64,000 nucleotides of DNA from Syncephalis fuscata S228 (Eukaryota > Fungi > Zoopagomycota): assembly GCA_025786725.1 (NCBI GenBank), contig JAHLTZ010000052.1:1-64000 (forward strand), in the 5' to 3' direction. Every line of letters begins with the position of its first letter. The stretch's first letter is position 1. Position numbers and translations under genes: made by a program. Below, piece after piece: positions 25,599 through 38,706 of this stretch. The notes beneath the pieces are model-generated. The model was not told where the DNA came from. It was given only the letters and a program-made list of their open reading frames with translations, and ran no database searches.

Positions 25599-26463
25599 GG
25601 TATAGATAACACGCAATCAAATATATATATATCTATATAGATGGAAAGAGATCCGGTATCTATCTATCTATTTATCTAGGTATGTAGAGTAGCTTATATA
25701 TAAGACGACGGCAATGATAGTTTAATCAAATGAAATGTCCGGCAATCGTTTAAATGATATGCTAAATGAAAAGGTCAAGTGGAAGAGATAGGCAGACAGA
25801 TAGAAAGAGCGAGAACGAGAATGAGAACGATAAAAGAGCGGGTATACGCATGCATATGTTTTATAACACTGGCCTTACTGTGCATGTACAGGTATGTTAT
25901 TTATATTTATATTCATATTGGCAATAAGGACAAGGAGTAACTAAAATCCGGCATACACACATTGCAGCAAATGAATGTTCTATAGATAATACATGTAGCT
26001 AAACTGAACTACAAGCTGTAGTTTAATTGGGCTGATAAGCGACTAGTAAGTTAAAACTAGCCATTTAGAAACAAAATGTGTAACTGGACAATGGTCGTTT
26101 CATAATATGAATGCTATGGTGTATACAGTTCTCTTTCTTAGTAAGAGTTGTTAGCAATGGCTTTGTGTATTTTTAGCTATGTGTTGTTTGAGCCTGTACT
26201 AAGGGGAAGAGGGAGGCATCAGTAGTCCCTATCACCGCTACAAGCTGTAACAGTTGCCATTATCATTTGGTGGTAGTTAGCAATGGACATGTTTGACATT
26301 TTGGTAAGTGCGCCTATTAATAGGCACAACGAGTAAAACACTAATGTTTGACTACACATCAACAATAACAGCAGTAATAACCACAATAGTAATAGGGACA
26401 ATAATAATGGTAGTATACGAGTTTACAAATGAAGTTATTCGCCATCAAAAAAGCGGCCAATCC

Positions 26464-28334
26464 TTACATTGTAAATAAGAAACTGGCCGCCATTTCTACG
26501 TTGCCTTCACAAGCATGTAAGCATTAATAGCCTGTTCGCGCGATACACCAAGACCAACCAGCGTAGTGATTGATTCTTCAGGATAAGCTGGCAGAGAGGT
26601 CGGGCGGCAGTGGCCGTTGTAGGCTGTGTCGTAGTCGGCAATAATGGTGGTGCCGATGAGGCTATCGATTGTGTTAATAAATATTAGTATCAATATTGAG
26701 TTTAATCAAGTTATTATGTTACTACTTACCACTGGTAGATTGGCCGGCTGCGGCATTTTCAGCACTTGCCTTGATGGCCGCTTCAATATCCTCTTCAGTT
26801 GCCCCTATGCGTGCATAAGGTGGCAATTCACGTTCTGGTAAGAATGGAATTTCTCGACCAGCAATAATCAATGCATCTTTGGACAAATCAATACAAGCCT
26901 ATTATTATAACATAATAATATAACATCACAATTAATCAATTTATTTGTTAATGGTAACACTTGAATTTAATGACACGTCACTTACTTGATGGCGTTTTAA
27001 CATATCAAGTCCAAATAAGATTTCCACGCCCTTCCCCTATATATTAAATAAATATCAAAATACATCTAAATCTTTAATATTAAACATACCTCCATGATGG
27101 TAAATGAACATGGCAAATACAAATCACTACCTAGACGAATCTGGGCTGAATGCACTCGTCCAAGAATATTGGCCGTTCCTACACCTTTGGCAATACCGGC
27201 AAAGCGTCGATCCAATAATCGCATTAGTCTAATGATCAATGGCCATTAATACGTAATAAATAGTTTAATGATATAAACTGTTGCTTACCCACAGGATGCT
27301 GCACAATCAGGACTCACTTTTAATAGTCAGTACTAATGAATAATAAACTAGTTTATTGACTTTCGCTTACTGATGGTAACTTGGGCACCCGAGTCAACAA
27401 ATGCCTTTATAGGTTTTCCATTTACTTCTGTGTTCACATAGAGCATATGTACCTATATATACCCATTCATTAGTATCACAGATTCCTACAAGCTTGTTAG
27501 ATGCAACTTACACTGCCAAATGCTTCAGGATTGTATTCTAGCGCTGCTTCCATATTCGACATCACATTCTCTTGTCGAATTGCTTCTTCAATACGGCGTT
27601 GCGCCTCTACATCGAATGGATCGGCATTTAGAGTTGCCTATTAGCATTAATTAGTTAATTAATGCCATTATTCTTTAATTAAATAGCTCTACTCTCTTCT
27701 AGCCACTTACAATTTCCCGTTGACGTGCCATGGCCGCTTGTTGCCGTTGCCGTTCCATATTAGCAAGCAATTCGGCAAATCTTTGGGGATCATTAACCGC
27801 ATTGGCCAAGTCTGGTTGCGTCTATAACAGCAATAGCAGTAGTAGTATACACAATTAATTATAAGCTTCTTATATATAATGTATATAATAATGACTTACA
27901 TCTCGTAACTGTTGCAATAGTCGACTATCGCCTAGCACGTGTTGCCGCATTAATTCCGGATTTAATTGGCGATGGTCAGTTCCGCTGCCATAGGCCGAGC
28001 CAGCCATTGGTCTTGCTGACGTAGGCGCGGCGGTTGAGACCGGCGATTGCCGTTGAAGCACAAGGACATCGTCTCGCGCAATACCCAACTCGCGCAGTGT
28101 TTTGGCTGGCTCATTAAGCCATTGCCCATTGTACGATAACCGCTGTTCAGCCATCGGTACACCCGTCTATATGAATAGATGTACATGCACCATTAGTTCA
28201 TTGTAACACTATAACCTTATAATGTCATTAAATACCTCTATTTCTACGACTAGCTGAAGATTCTCTATTGTTGTGGCCAATTCAAGTTCGACCGCATATA
28301 ATTGGCCATCTTCTGTAGTTATAGTCAAAGGCAT
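26464..28334 (-). CDS. DDI1: DNA-damage-inducible protein 1 (UBL, retroviral-like aspartyl protease, UBA)
   Basis: UBL exons; [20 protein letters not shown]; [22 protein letters not shown]; FAGIAKGVG; [11 protein letters not shown]; UBA ([12 protein letters not shown]). The last exon needs two +1 base corrections. Confidence 0.95.
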
Positions 28335-28637
28335 TGTAAACAATATGTTTTATAACAATAACACCGCTAGCAACAACAAATATAATAGGAGTAGTAATCA
28401 GTATATAGCTGTTCTTAGTAAGTAACTATGCAATCAGTATTTGGCTGACGAGAAAGTGTAAGATGAATGTGTTGGAATAAAAGGAGCTGGCGTTTTAGCC
28501 GGTCATAATGGATGCATGCTCGTATGGTTTATGGTGACGCTATGAATTGTGCCATCATGTGAAAATTGTAGTAATGCGAATTTAGTAATTCTATAACGAT
28601 TTATTATATAATTTATTATACAACTTAATGGTCGCAA

Positions 28638-29105
28638 CTACTTCTTTTTCATTCGGCCAAAGACGGTCGTAATTTCTTCTGATGGCTTGCCAACAGTCTT
28701 TTTAATCGTATCCATGATTTCTTTGGCTTGTGCCTTTTCAATATCATCTCGTTTGGCCAGAATCTTTTCGGGTAGCCAGTTAGGCGTATCGGGGAAGCCG
28801 TTGCGTAGTTGAATAAACTCTTCAGCCATTTGTTCGGGTGGCGCCGTTATAAATAGACGTAGTGCATCGATAGGCATAAATGACTCGCTCATACGTTCAT
28901 GGTCGAAATATTCGCTGAAAAAGTCATATATTCTACTAAGATCGTCCTGTATACGGTCGTCCATCTCTGGCATATGCAATACTGCTTCTTTATTGCGTGG
29001 TCCGCGTAGATATTCGGCCAAAAAGCGATCAAGTGTTTTATCCATTAAATTATTGAATAGATATTCTTTCATATGAGCACGGAAATCGCGTAGTGTTACA
29101 ATTAA
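28638..29105 (-). CDS. SEC6: Exocyst subunit Sec6 C-terminal exon; 5' part of the gene not found
   Basis: LIVTLRDFRAHMKEYLFNNLM..FLAEYL, DDLSRIYDFF and FPDTPNWLPEKILAKRDDI resemble the Sec6/EXOC3 C terminus. Confidence 0.75.
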   Translation of the reverse strand, partial: LIVTLRDFRAHMKEYLFNNLMDKTLDRFLAEYLRGPRNKEAVLHMPEMDDRIQDDLSRIYDFFSEYFDHERMSESFMPIDALRLFITAPPEQMAEEFIQLRNGFPDTPNWLPEKILAKRDDIEKAQAKEIMDTIKKTVGKPSEEITTVFGRMKKK

Positions 29106-29829
29106 AACTTAATATAGCACGTATATAATAAATTGTGTTTTGCATGAACACACAATATTAGAATGGTATTTTGCCCGTAAATTAATCGTTATTTGTATAT
29201 CTTTACAATTTCACTTTTATTATATAAGCACAGCTATACTATTAACATATAAAAACAGTTTATTTTCTCTTATTCAACTGCCTTTACATTTCTCAATAAT
29301 ATCTTAGGAAATAATATATACTAACACTAATGCATCCACAGTTGTAATCATAAATAATGTCTTATTGTTATTATATTTCATGGTTAGCTGTATAGTTAGC
29401 TGATATTTCTACAGCCAATTATACATCAAGTACATTGCGGTATCTGTTATATAACAACTGCTATTGTGTATGGGATTGATCAATACGGCATTATCGTTTA
29501 TAATTAGTAATATTAACTACTTGATCCGCCTAGTGTACCGCTGTATAATAACATTATAGTAATGTAATACATAAGTACAATCCTAATTAAATGTATAATA
29601 TATTGACGACTATTAATACCATTGGTACTGTTATTGGTGGCTGATAGTAGTTATATTGTAGTCAGCAGTTATACTATATAATTACATAGCTCGCCAATAG
29701 TATTGATCATGTTTGCTAAACGCCACCATTAATACTAATAACATAATTAATATACACAGTTAGTATACCATTTGTAGCATATGTAGCTGATGATTTATCA
29801 GCGTGTTATTATATACACGCTGTATTTAT

Positions 29830-30620
29830 AGACAATATCAACTATTAATATATTTATTAGCTAATATTATATGAATAACGATGCTAGTTGGTTAGTATGG
29901 CCCACAAATTAACAGCAGTTACTATCAGCCAGTTATGGGCGCATAAATTAGTACTAGCAAAATTTGATCAAATTTTTAGTAAATAACTGATTGACTAATT
30001 GCCACATCTTTGGTTAGTATTTGTGTGTGTATATTACCAAAATGACGAAAAGAGGCTATTACAGCATTTTGATTAATCAAGAGATTTCACCAATTTTTAA
30101 TTCCATCAGTAATATAGCTATAAATACATAATATCATTCATTATGACCGCATAGTCTTGGAGCATCGATGCATATAAATTATGTATTTTTGAAAAATCAT
30201 GGGAAGGTGCTAACAATTAAAAGTGCTTAAAAGTGCCATTTTAATAATAATATTACTGTTTTTATTTCCAGCGCCTTTTCACAATTTTTCAAAAATACAT
30301 AACTTATATGTGTCGATGTTCCAAGACTATGCGGTCATAATGAATGACATTATGTATTTATAGCTATATTACTGATGGAATTAAAAATTGGTGAAATTTC
30401 TTGATTAATTAGAAAAGCACACATAAATACTAGTAAAAAATGTATAGTTAATTAACTATAATTATTAAACAGTCAAAACTTTTGTTGCTATTTATCATTT
30501 ATTTATGGCCTAGCTAGTTTTGCTAATAATATGGTTGGTCTGTTAACATCTATTAGTAGTATACATACATATACTACAAGATTGATATTATTCAATACAT
30601 AATGGTTGCTGACACGTATT
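29830..30620. repeat. Family B foldback (two inverted copies; inner arms 30073-30210 and 30270-30408 nearly identical)
   Basis: TTAATCAAGAGATTTCACCAATTTTTAATTCCATCAG... has its reverse complement ending at ~30408. Confidence 0.92.
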
Positions 30621-31534
30621 TGATTAAAATGAATAGCAAAAATAATGCTAGCTATTGCATGTCCACTAGCATATACTTCAACAACTGTAGATTGCTTAAC
30701 TACATTTTTTGCTAACACAGCATCTAACATGTGCAACCTATTAGTGCGTATTAGTATTAGTCATAATTAATGTCGACTAGCTGCTACCAACTTTACAAGC
30801 ATACTAAGCAGCAGTTACTATACTTTTATTTGTTACTTCCCAGTACCAGTGGTGCTATTTTGTATTAAGCACAGCTAGCGCAAATCTGTAGTATGTCCAA
30901 CAATGCCAACTATATCTACAGTTGCCAATGTTGTTAGTAACAGCTAGTTGTCAATAAACAGCAGTTCAAACATCAAGCAATTACAGTAGTGTATATGTTT
31001 ATTTGAGTGTATAGCAATAGCTGTAATAATAAGCTAGTATGCAGCATTTTGTTATTGCTAACATTAATGATATTGGTATTATATTAATTAAAAACCAATC
31101 AGCATACTAGACAGCAAGCCATAATTTAGATGGCATGTTGTTAGCCGTATTGCATATACATCAGCTATTGTATATACCGTTTTATCGGTATATCACATCA
31201 TAAGCATTGTCATATCTCATTGATTTCCATCGTGGTATCATGTTTATTTTGACTATAGCACTAGCAAATACGGTCAATTTCTTATAACTATTTCAACAGT
31301 TAGCATTTGTATAAACAAGTTGTTTACGTTATTGCAAAATCAATAAAACTAGAATGCTGGTAGCTGTAGAGTATCATTTATTTACCTGAGTTGTATTGTA
31401 TTACTAAACATTATAATTTTTTATATTTGATATAGCACACCAGCGTTATGTATGTAGTTGATAATAACACTAGTTTATTTGGAATGTGATTTGTATTAAA
31501 TTTATTAAATTATTACTAAGCAACTTATCAGAAA

Positions 31535-31720
31535 TCTAATGCAATGGAGCTTGAATAATTACATTTAATAGCATTCGTGTAGTTGACCTACATATTCGGT
31601 ATATTGAACATGAAACTGGATGGTGAGTGACATCAGCCATTAAACGTTCATTATCATAGATTTACTATCCAGTACGCATATATCCTTTTTCTAATTATAT
31701 CATTTCTACGTGTATTTATT
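31535..31720 (+). repeat. Family A repeat
   Basis: TAGTTGACCTACATATTCGGTATATTGAACATGAAACTGGATGGTGAGTGACATCA...ATCATAGATTTACTATCCAGTACGCATAT. Confidence 0.88.
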
Positions 31721-31974
31721 ACTATATGCAATTTATAGTATGCTAAACGCATTTATTTATTATAGTTTGCGATGCGTTTTAATCATTCCACTCATTGGTG
31801 ACATGCACTATAGCTTCAAACTGCCGATTTTGTAAGTATCGCTGTATACTAAATATACCGCATATTGTTTTAGCATATGACAATGCAATTATCTATAAAT
31901 TGCTGCCAGTTTGGCCCTGGATTTATTGATAGTATATCGCAACTCACATGTGTATAGAATGTTAATAGTATGTG

Positions 31975-32140
31975 TAGCTAGAGGATATGTGCATACTGGA
32001 TAATAGATCTATGATGATGAGTATTTTGGTGATTGATGTAACTTACCACTTAGTTCCATGTCAATAAAACGAATGTGTAGTTTAATTACACAGATATGAT
32101 CAAATATAGCCTCTTGATCTTTAAAACATATTAAATGTCT
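31975..32140 (-). repeat. Family A repeat
   Basis: GCATACTGGATAATAGATCTATGATGATGAGTATTTTG...TTCCATGTCAATAAAACGAATGTGTAGTTTAATTAC. Confidence 0.88.
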
Positions 32141-32452
32141 GGTGAGTTATTTATAAAAACAATTGTGTATTATTACACGCAGTTAGACAAAATAAAGTAT
32201 ATAAACTTGTCATTATCATATTGCATATTATGTCAGTTGTATAGTTGAGCTGTTATGATTATTATGCAACGTCCTTGTACTAGTCAAATATATTTGTACA
32301 AATGAATGCTGTGTATCTAATTGTTGTAAATGCAATAAAATCATTAATTAGATTAATGTAATATTTAATACTCATCCAAATATTACTTCATAGCCAGATT
32401 ATTGCCTTGAATCAGCTGCTAGTTCAAAATTGTGTTGCTGTATTTTGTTGCC

Positions 32453-35400
32453 CAAATAATGATTGCTTATGGTTAGTATTCGTATTAGAGTACACTGATG
32501 AGTAATGCTTATAAACTGATTTATTGATACAAAAATATAAAACTAACATAAAACCACTTGTGATACTGCGAATATGGGCTAGCCCATTAAACAGGTAGCT
32601 GCTGTTCCCAGTCCCTATCAGTTCCAATATAGAACGACGGGCCCGGTGTACAGCAGTTAGTTGCTTATTGGTCCCGCCCAATGTACTATTGCCTAGAATA
32701 AAGTTAGCACTGTTTTAGTTAATTTTGCATTAACTTACCATGTTGTACAGACTTGCATTTACTTGCCTTAATGGCGCAAGTGTTCCTTTTTAGCGTTGCG
32801 CACAGCAGTGCGACGGCGCAGTCTTGAGGCGGCAGTTCGGCGAGGTCCCCCACCCCGCGGAACTACCCGATAAGTGCTGTTGATCGCAACAGCAGCCTTG
32901 GTTGGTTGAGCCGGTGCCAATTTGAGGGCGCCGGTGTATTCCACACCATCCATAGGAGTGGTGTGGATAGAGGAGGAGGAGAGGAGCAGTAGTAATGACT
33001 ACTGAATGAAAAGCCGGAAAGGCTAGTGATGGTGGTGTTGACTGCTTTGTTGCTGCTCAAAACCTCCTCGGTTTGAACAGCAACGCTGCACAAAGCAGTC
33101 TCCGCTTGCGTTCCTACGCAGCGGATATTTGGAGGCAATAGAGCCTGTGTTGCGACTGGCACAGACTCTGGCAGCTTGGCTTTTTTCAAAGCCGGCTTAC
33201 TGCCTGCCTCAATGTCCGTCTCAGAAAACAAACGTTTCTGGACGACAGGCAATGGCATCGTAGCATAAATAATGCTACGGGTATAAACAACTGTAGCAGC
33301 CATCGCTAACTACTTTACGCTATAAAAACACACAATACATACAATTAATACCATGTAAATAGTATATTTAATGCGAATACAAACACAGCATAACCAAATA
33401 AACTATTCAATTCAAATGGATGAACAGTTTTAAGCAAACGCCAAGAATGCACTGCACGGCTAAACAAATCAAACACAGGTGCAACGCAACGTGTTATGCA
33501 ACAGCGCAACTTGGCGCAGCAATAATATTCCCATTCACTGACAAACGTAGACGCAAACGCAACACTTGCTTACCTTTAAAAAAGTTTTTATAACAAAAAA
33601 CAAGGAAATGAAACTACAATATTGTAGTAGAACAAAAAGACAAGATAAAACAAACAAGATGAAAGCGTTATAGAGATCTAAATATCAATCTTGCGCGGCT
33701 TTTTACACAATAAATTGCCACTCAACTATTTTACACTCACACACCAGTAGCTTGTACCATCATTTATTCGTATCGAGTATTTGTATGTACAACTTGTAGT
33801 ATCACTATTGTCTTGTGTAGTTCAATACGAGCTCACTAACCAAAACAGGCCTGCATCGGACATGAATATCAAATGGTCCGTGTACACCTTGCTAAACCGG
33901 TAAGTAGTCCAATAAACTAGATGGCGTGATCACAACAGCAAATAGACACATAACACGTGATCTTGTGTTTACTTTTCATAAATACGCCACCACCATGATT
34001 GTCGCGTATTAATAACGCGCGTACACGGCTGAAACAATAACAGACCATTTATACAATACATGTAGCTGTAATAATATATAATAATATTTATTCAAGTCAC
34101 TTGTACAAATTCTGATAGTCATAATACACAGTGTATTGCTATTTATACGATTGCTTCATTACTTAGTTGATTGATTTATATTCCAGTATATCTGTATATT
34201 TCTAACAACCATAAACAATGTCAATGCTTTATACAACACGTTTATATTGAAACGTGGTTTTAAAGGTGGTTTGTTGATAGATGCGTTGTAGTCACCGTAG
34301 TCTTGTTATTCATATAGATAGACGTCATTTTATCTTACTGCAACAAGCTCATTGTTACAGCAGCTTTTACTAGCTTCATTGTTATATAAAAACAATAGTT
34401 GTTATTATCTATCGTATGTGAGCCTTATAACATAAACGTGTATTTAGTGGGTATAGTTGTAGTGGATTTGATATACTAGATACAATATTGCACAAGTACT
34501 TGGCAGTATATTTATGTATACACAGGCAATTATGTACTTAGTTATACTCGGCAGCATTATTAGTAGTAGCTGCCTTTGCTTTGTGCTTTAACATAAATTA
34601 TAAGCTGTCCGATTATCAGTAGATTATTGATGTATTAATAGTTTAGTTGCTTGAATGCGCTGGTATCCAGATCGGTTGGCATTATACCAAAATAACTAGC
34701 TTGTTTTAATAATCTCGAATGTTCAAGCATAATTATAATTTGTTGATATCGTATCCTAAACAGCATATGTTTGCTATTCTGCCTATATGGGAACGAAGTG
34801 TGAGACTGCATTTGGTTGGTTATCGTAGCGTTGCAACGTCACCAACTAAGCTATACCTTGATCGACATTATTAGTGGTTCTGTTTCTATTGCTTATACGT
34901 TTTGCTTTTGTTTAAGTAGCTATGAAGCACGTTGTGATTATTTTCTAATGAGCAATATAAAAGGCTTGTAACACCTATTTACTTCACCTCTTTAACCGAC
35001 ATTATACTATAATAGCAACACCTACTTTAAATGGTGCATGCTATTAGCGGCAAAGTTCTATGCATACACGTAATGAGCAATTGAAGCGGCCTAGGTCGAG
35101 CCTTTCAACAAACATAGTTAGCAACAAGTAGGCTACTTTTACGAATAACGCATAGCTATTAGACTATGCAGCGTGTAAATAAACAATATGGAAAAGAAAA
35201 GTGTATGAATAGTAGTATTAACGTTATAGTGTTATACATGCATGAACGAACGGGTGAAATAAACAAAATGCATAACGAGTAGGGCTAGCGCCAGACGGTA
35301 AAACAGTTTCAAAAAAAGTACAGTTACTATATACTAAAGTGAGCATAAAATGGAAAGAATATGAAAACGGTGTTTGAGTTATTAAGCATATATGCATGAT

Positions 35401-35882
35401 CAATGAGCGGAATTAGTCGACATTTATAAATAATAAAGCTAGAACAAAAATAAAAGCAGTTTTGGATAGAGTGATGCCAAGAGATTATGGAACGATATAT
35501 AAAATGATAAACGTACGGTGAAAAAGTATATAAAACAATATTAAAGTTACAGTGTGTATAGCGTAATGAGCATAATGAGCAAAGTTTATTGCAGCATATA
35601 ATGAATAAAATGTACCTAATATATCATAAAATGATATATAGTAGTGTGTAACAGAATGGGAATGATATAAACAAATAGAGCATATATACATACTAAATGA
35701 TAAATCTATGATGATGGGTATTTAATGATTGATGTTGCTTACCACCCATCATGTTCAGTAGATTGTATGTTATTAAATTTAGTCATTTGACCACCAAGCA
35801 AACAATAAATGTGATGATGCGCTGATTAAATAAAACTAACCACTTGCCCCATGTTCAATAGATTGAATGTGCAGTTCAATTA
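32453..35882 (-). repeat. Left arm of a ~3.43-kb near-perfect inverted duplication (partner 42346-45779), including a family A copy at 35270-35882
   Basis: Reverse complement matches throughout apart from a few substitutions and 1-bp indels. Confidence 0.98.
32768..33303 (-). CDS. Orphan gene X, second copy (1-bp frameshift as assembled)
   Basis: ORFs 32863-33303 and 32768-32953 together reproduce the 178-aa ORF at 44926. Confidence 0.55.
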
Positions 35883-35976
35883 CATTATTATTTATACATA
35901 AAAACTATTGCGCTGCACTAAAATTTGATATTTATTAATAAAACTAACAAATAGAACAAATAGTTTGCAGAGTGAT

Positions 35977-38706
35977 TTCTAACAATTGTTCAGTAAGTAC
36001 ACGAAGCAAATAATTTGATAAGTACTTACAATTTTTGTTATTTTTTAACGAAGGTTGATCGCTGCTTGCATCTGACGAACGCGCCCGTTTAATACCATGT
36101 TGATCCACAGGAACAGCAAGATGGTCTTGAGCTGCACTTTCCACGTTTGATGCAATTGAATTTTCGCCTGATTCTTCGACACTGTTTATTGCTATTTCTT
36201 CTTCCTTTTCAACGGGCTCTTCCTTTTCTACTGCCACTTCTTCTTGTTGTTCAGCTTCTGTATTTTCATTTGCATCTACATTCTCAACGTTCTTTACTTT
36301 TCTTCTTCTTTTTTATCCAATGTCTCTTGAATTGATTTTGGATTGCTGGATTCTTTTAAAGGTTCTGTAAACCAAGCACTCTCTAAGGCCTGTTCCACTG
36401 TCAAGCGTGAATTGCGATCAATGGCTAGAAGACCGCGAACTAAATTGCGTGCTATAAAAATTAAAATTAGCTCATTTGTAGCATTGTTTTAAAATATACT
36501 TACCTTCTTTGGATACACTCTTCCAAAGATCGCCAAATACCAATGGGCTATTTAAGACATTGATAATGTAGCTTCCATACTTGTTTTTGGTATCATATGT
36601 ATATGGCATCGTATCTAAATTAAAACAATAAATTAACAAGCTTATCAATTTACAAATACTTACTTGACAGAAGAGCATGTAATGTAACACCAAGGCTCCA
36701 TTGGTCTGCATCCTTGCCGTATCCTTGCTCAGTAAATTGTGATCCACATAGTATATTCTTTAAACTGCGCTTTTTTTTCAATATATCTTTGATTAACTGA
36801 TTACTATTCTTGGACCGAAGAATAACGTCCGGTGCCATATATCCAATAGTACCACATATGCCATTAATCGTTGGATTTTTTAAAACAAGTTTGCGCGCCA
36901 AACCAAAATCTGTAATAACGATAGACGGATATTTGGCATGTTGTCGGAGTAAGATATTCTCCAGCTAGCATATGGTTAGAATTAAAGATAATAAATTTAA
37001 GCCTTCATTTAGTTAATTACCTTAATATCTAAATAGTAGCAATAGTAGCAATAGCAATAATAAATTTGTTAATTATGTAAATAAACACTGTTTTTAACTT
37101 ACCCAAATGTACAATGTTTCTATCGTGAAGATGCTAGTTCGACGTTAGTAACTGATTATTAATTAGAATTATTGCTTACTTTAACACCATTTAATATTTG
37201 TTGAAATATGTATTTGGCCTCTTGTTCGGGTAATGGGCCGTGGCACATGCAATAATTGAACAAGTTGCCACCATTTAAATATTCAAGTATCAAATAGCTG
37301 TGCAGTTCTGTGTTGTGTGCACCAACTAGTTTGATAATACTTGAATGTTCTTGTGCTGCAATGATCATATCTTTTTCTTCATCAAAGATATTAAAATGAT
37401 CATTATTTGCTGCGCCTTTGGCCTTTTGCTTTTTAGATATTTTGGCAGCAATAGGCATTTTATTACAGCGCGTCTCGCCGTAATAAACCTCGCCAAAGCC
37501 GCCACTAAATTGGAGTTAGAAACAATGTAATTTGAATAATAAATACTTACGCGCCAAGCTGCTGAGTTGTGACGGCATATCGACTGTTAATGACCTATAA
37601 TTGTGTTAGTTGTTATAATTAGCGTTACTGTAATATTAATGACTTACGGCGTCGAAATCATGGCTTTGCTCGTCAGTTTTTAGCGCTAAGCTTTCAACTT
37701 TGTATGCAATGTAGCATACTGCTATTGTTGATTAGTTTGATTACTATATGTTGATGAAACTTACCGTTAAATCCAACAGGATTTATAAAACTCTTATTCT
37801 CAATGGTGCATGTGATGTTGGGCGAAACAGCAACACCATTTACTGAATATATAATTAGCATTTTAATAATTTTAATGATTGCTATTTACCCAGTATATCC
37901 TTGGTCATGAAATTCTAATTACACAATTAGCATTATTATTAACTATTATGATGAATACTTACTGAGATCATTAGAAGATCATTAATCTAAATATACATTA
38001 TCATTGTTATTACTGCCATTTTAACACAAATTTGCGTGATACTTACTATAAATACCGAAAACCACCCGTTTTGATATTCCTTTTGTTCATCAAATTTGCT
38101 AAATAGCACAAAAATTATATTAATAAATTTATACAATATGATTCATTAATATCATGTGTAGACTAAATAAACAATTATTTAGTGTCTCCACATCTCTTAT
38201 GCAGCAATGTGCCACAGTATTATAACAATAAACACTACTACCACACATCGTACAACTTACTTTGCCGTGTTTTGCCCAAGAATGCATATCTCGTCTTTTT
38301 TTAACAAATACTCTTTGAATAAATGATTATTTTAAATTATTCATTAGCAATATATCCACTTACCTGTTCTATCTTCATCAAATGTTTCTACCCAGCCCAC
38401 TACCTCTAAACGCTCTGCTTCGCTCAATTGCGACCATGCCGCAGGAAGCTTCTCATATATGCCTTCTACAGCATTGTTTGATGTGGCAAACGGCAAAGCA
38501 AGAGCAGGTATACGAGCCGTGTTTGTCACTTGAACTGCTGAAGATGATTCCAATGAGTCATCTTCAGCAGTAGAATGTGTAGTTGGTTCAACTACGTTTA
38601 ACTCGGATAAAAAAAATGATGACGATGACGAGGATGAGGATGAAAAAGAACTAGCTGCATCTGAAGTAGCGGCCGTAGAAAGAAATGGATTTGCTAAGCT
38701 ATCCAT
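35977..38706 (-). CDS. Multi-exon non-RD Ser/Thr kinase, paralogue of 11850-14252, with FHA-like region and acidic tail
   Basis: LGAGGFGEV, IAAK, HLDIKLEN (via an 8-nt exon at 37021-37028), DFG, APD, DQWSLG, RLTVEQALESAW; matching intron positions in the kinase domain and a similar exon 1 end (AWSQLSEAERLEVVGWV). Confidence 0.9.

Noticed and set aside
26464-26620. DDI1 as a pseudogene (two frameshifts in the last exon)
   Set aside because: Each is fixed by adding one base to a short homopolymer (near 26603 and 26520), restoring a normal UBA end; more likely consensus deletion errors. Needs a read check.
32760-32990. Functional divergence of the two gene X copies by frameshift
   Set aside because: The indels I found are all single-base losses in the left copy, consistent with assembly error.
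36285-36310. Premature stop or programmed frameshift before the acidic tail of kinase 2
   Set aside because: One extra A in an A-run restores a continuous frame; same 1-bp deletion pattern as elsewhere in the window.
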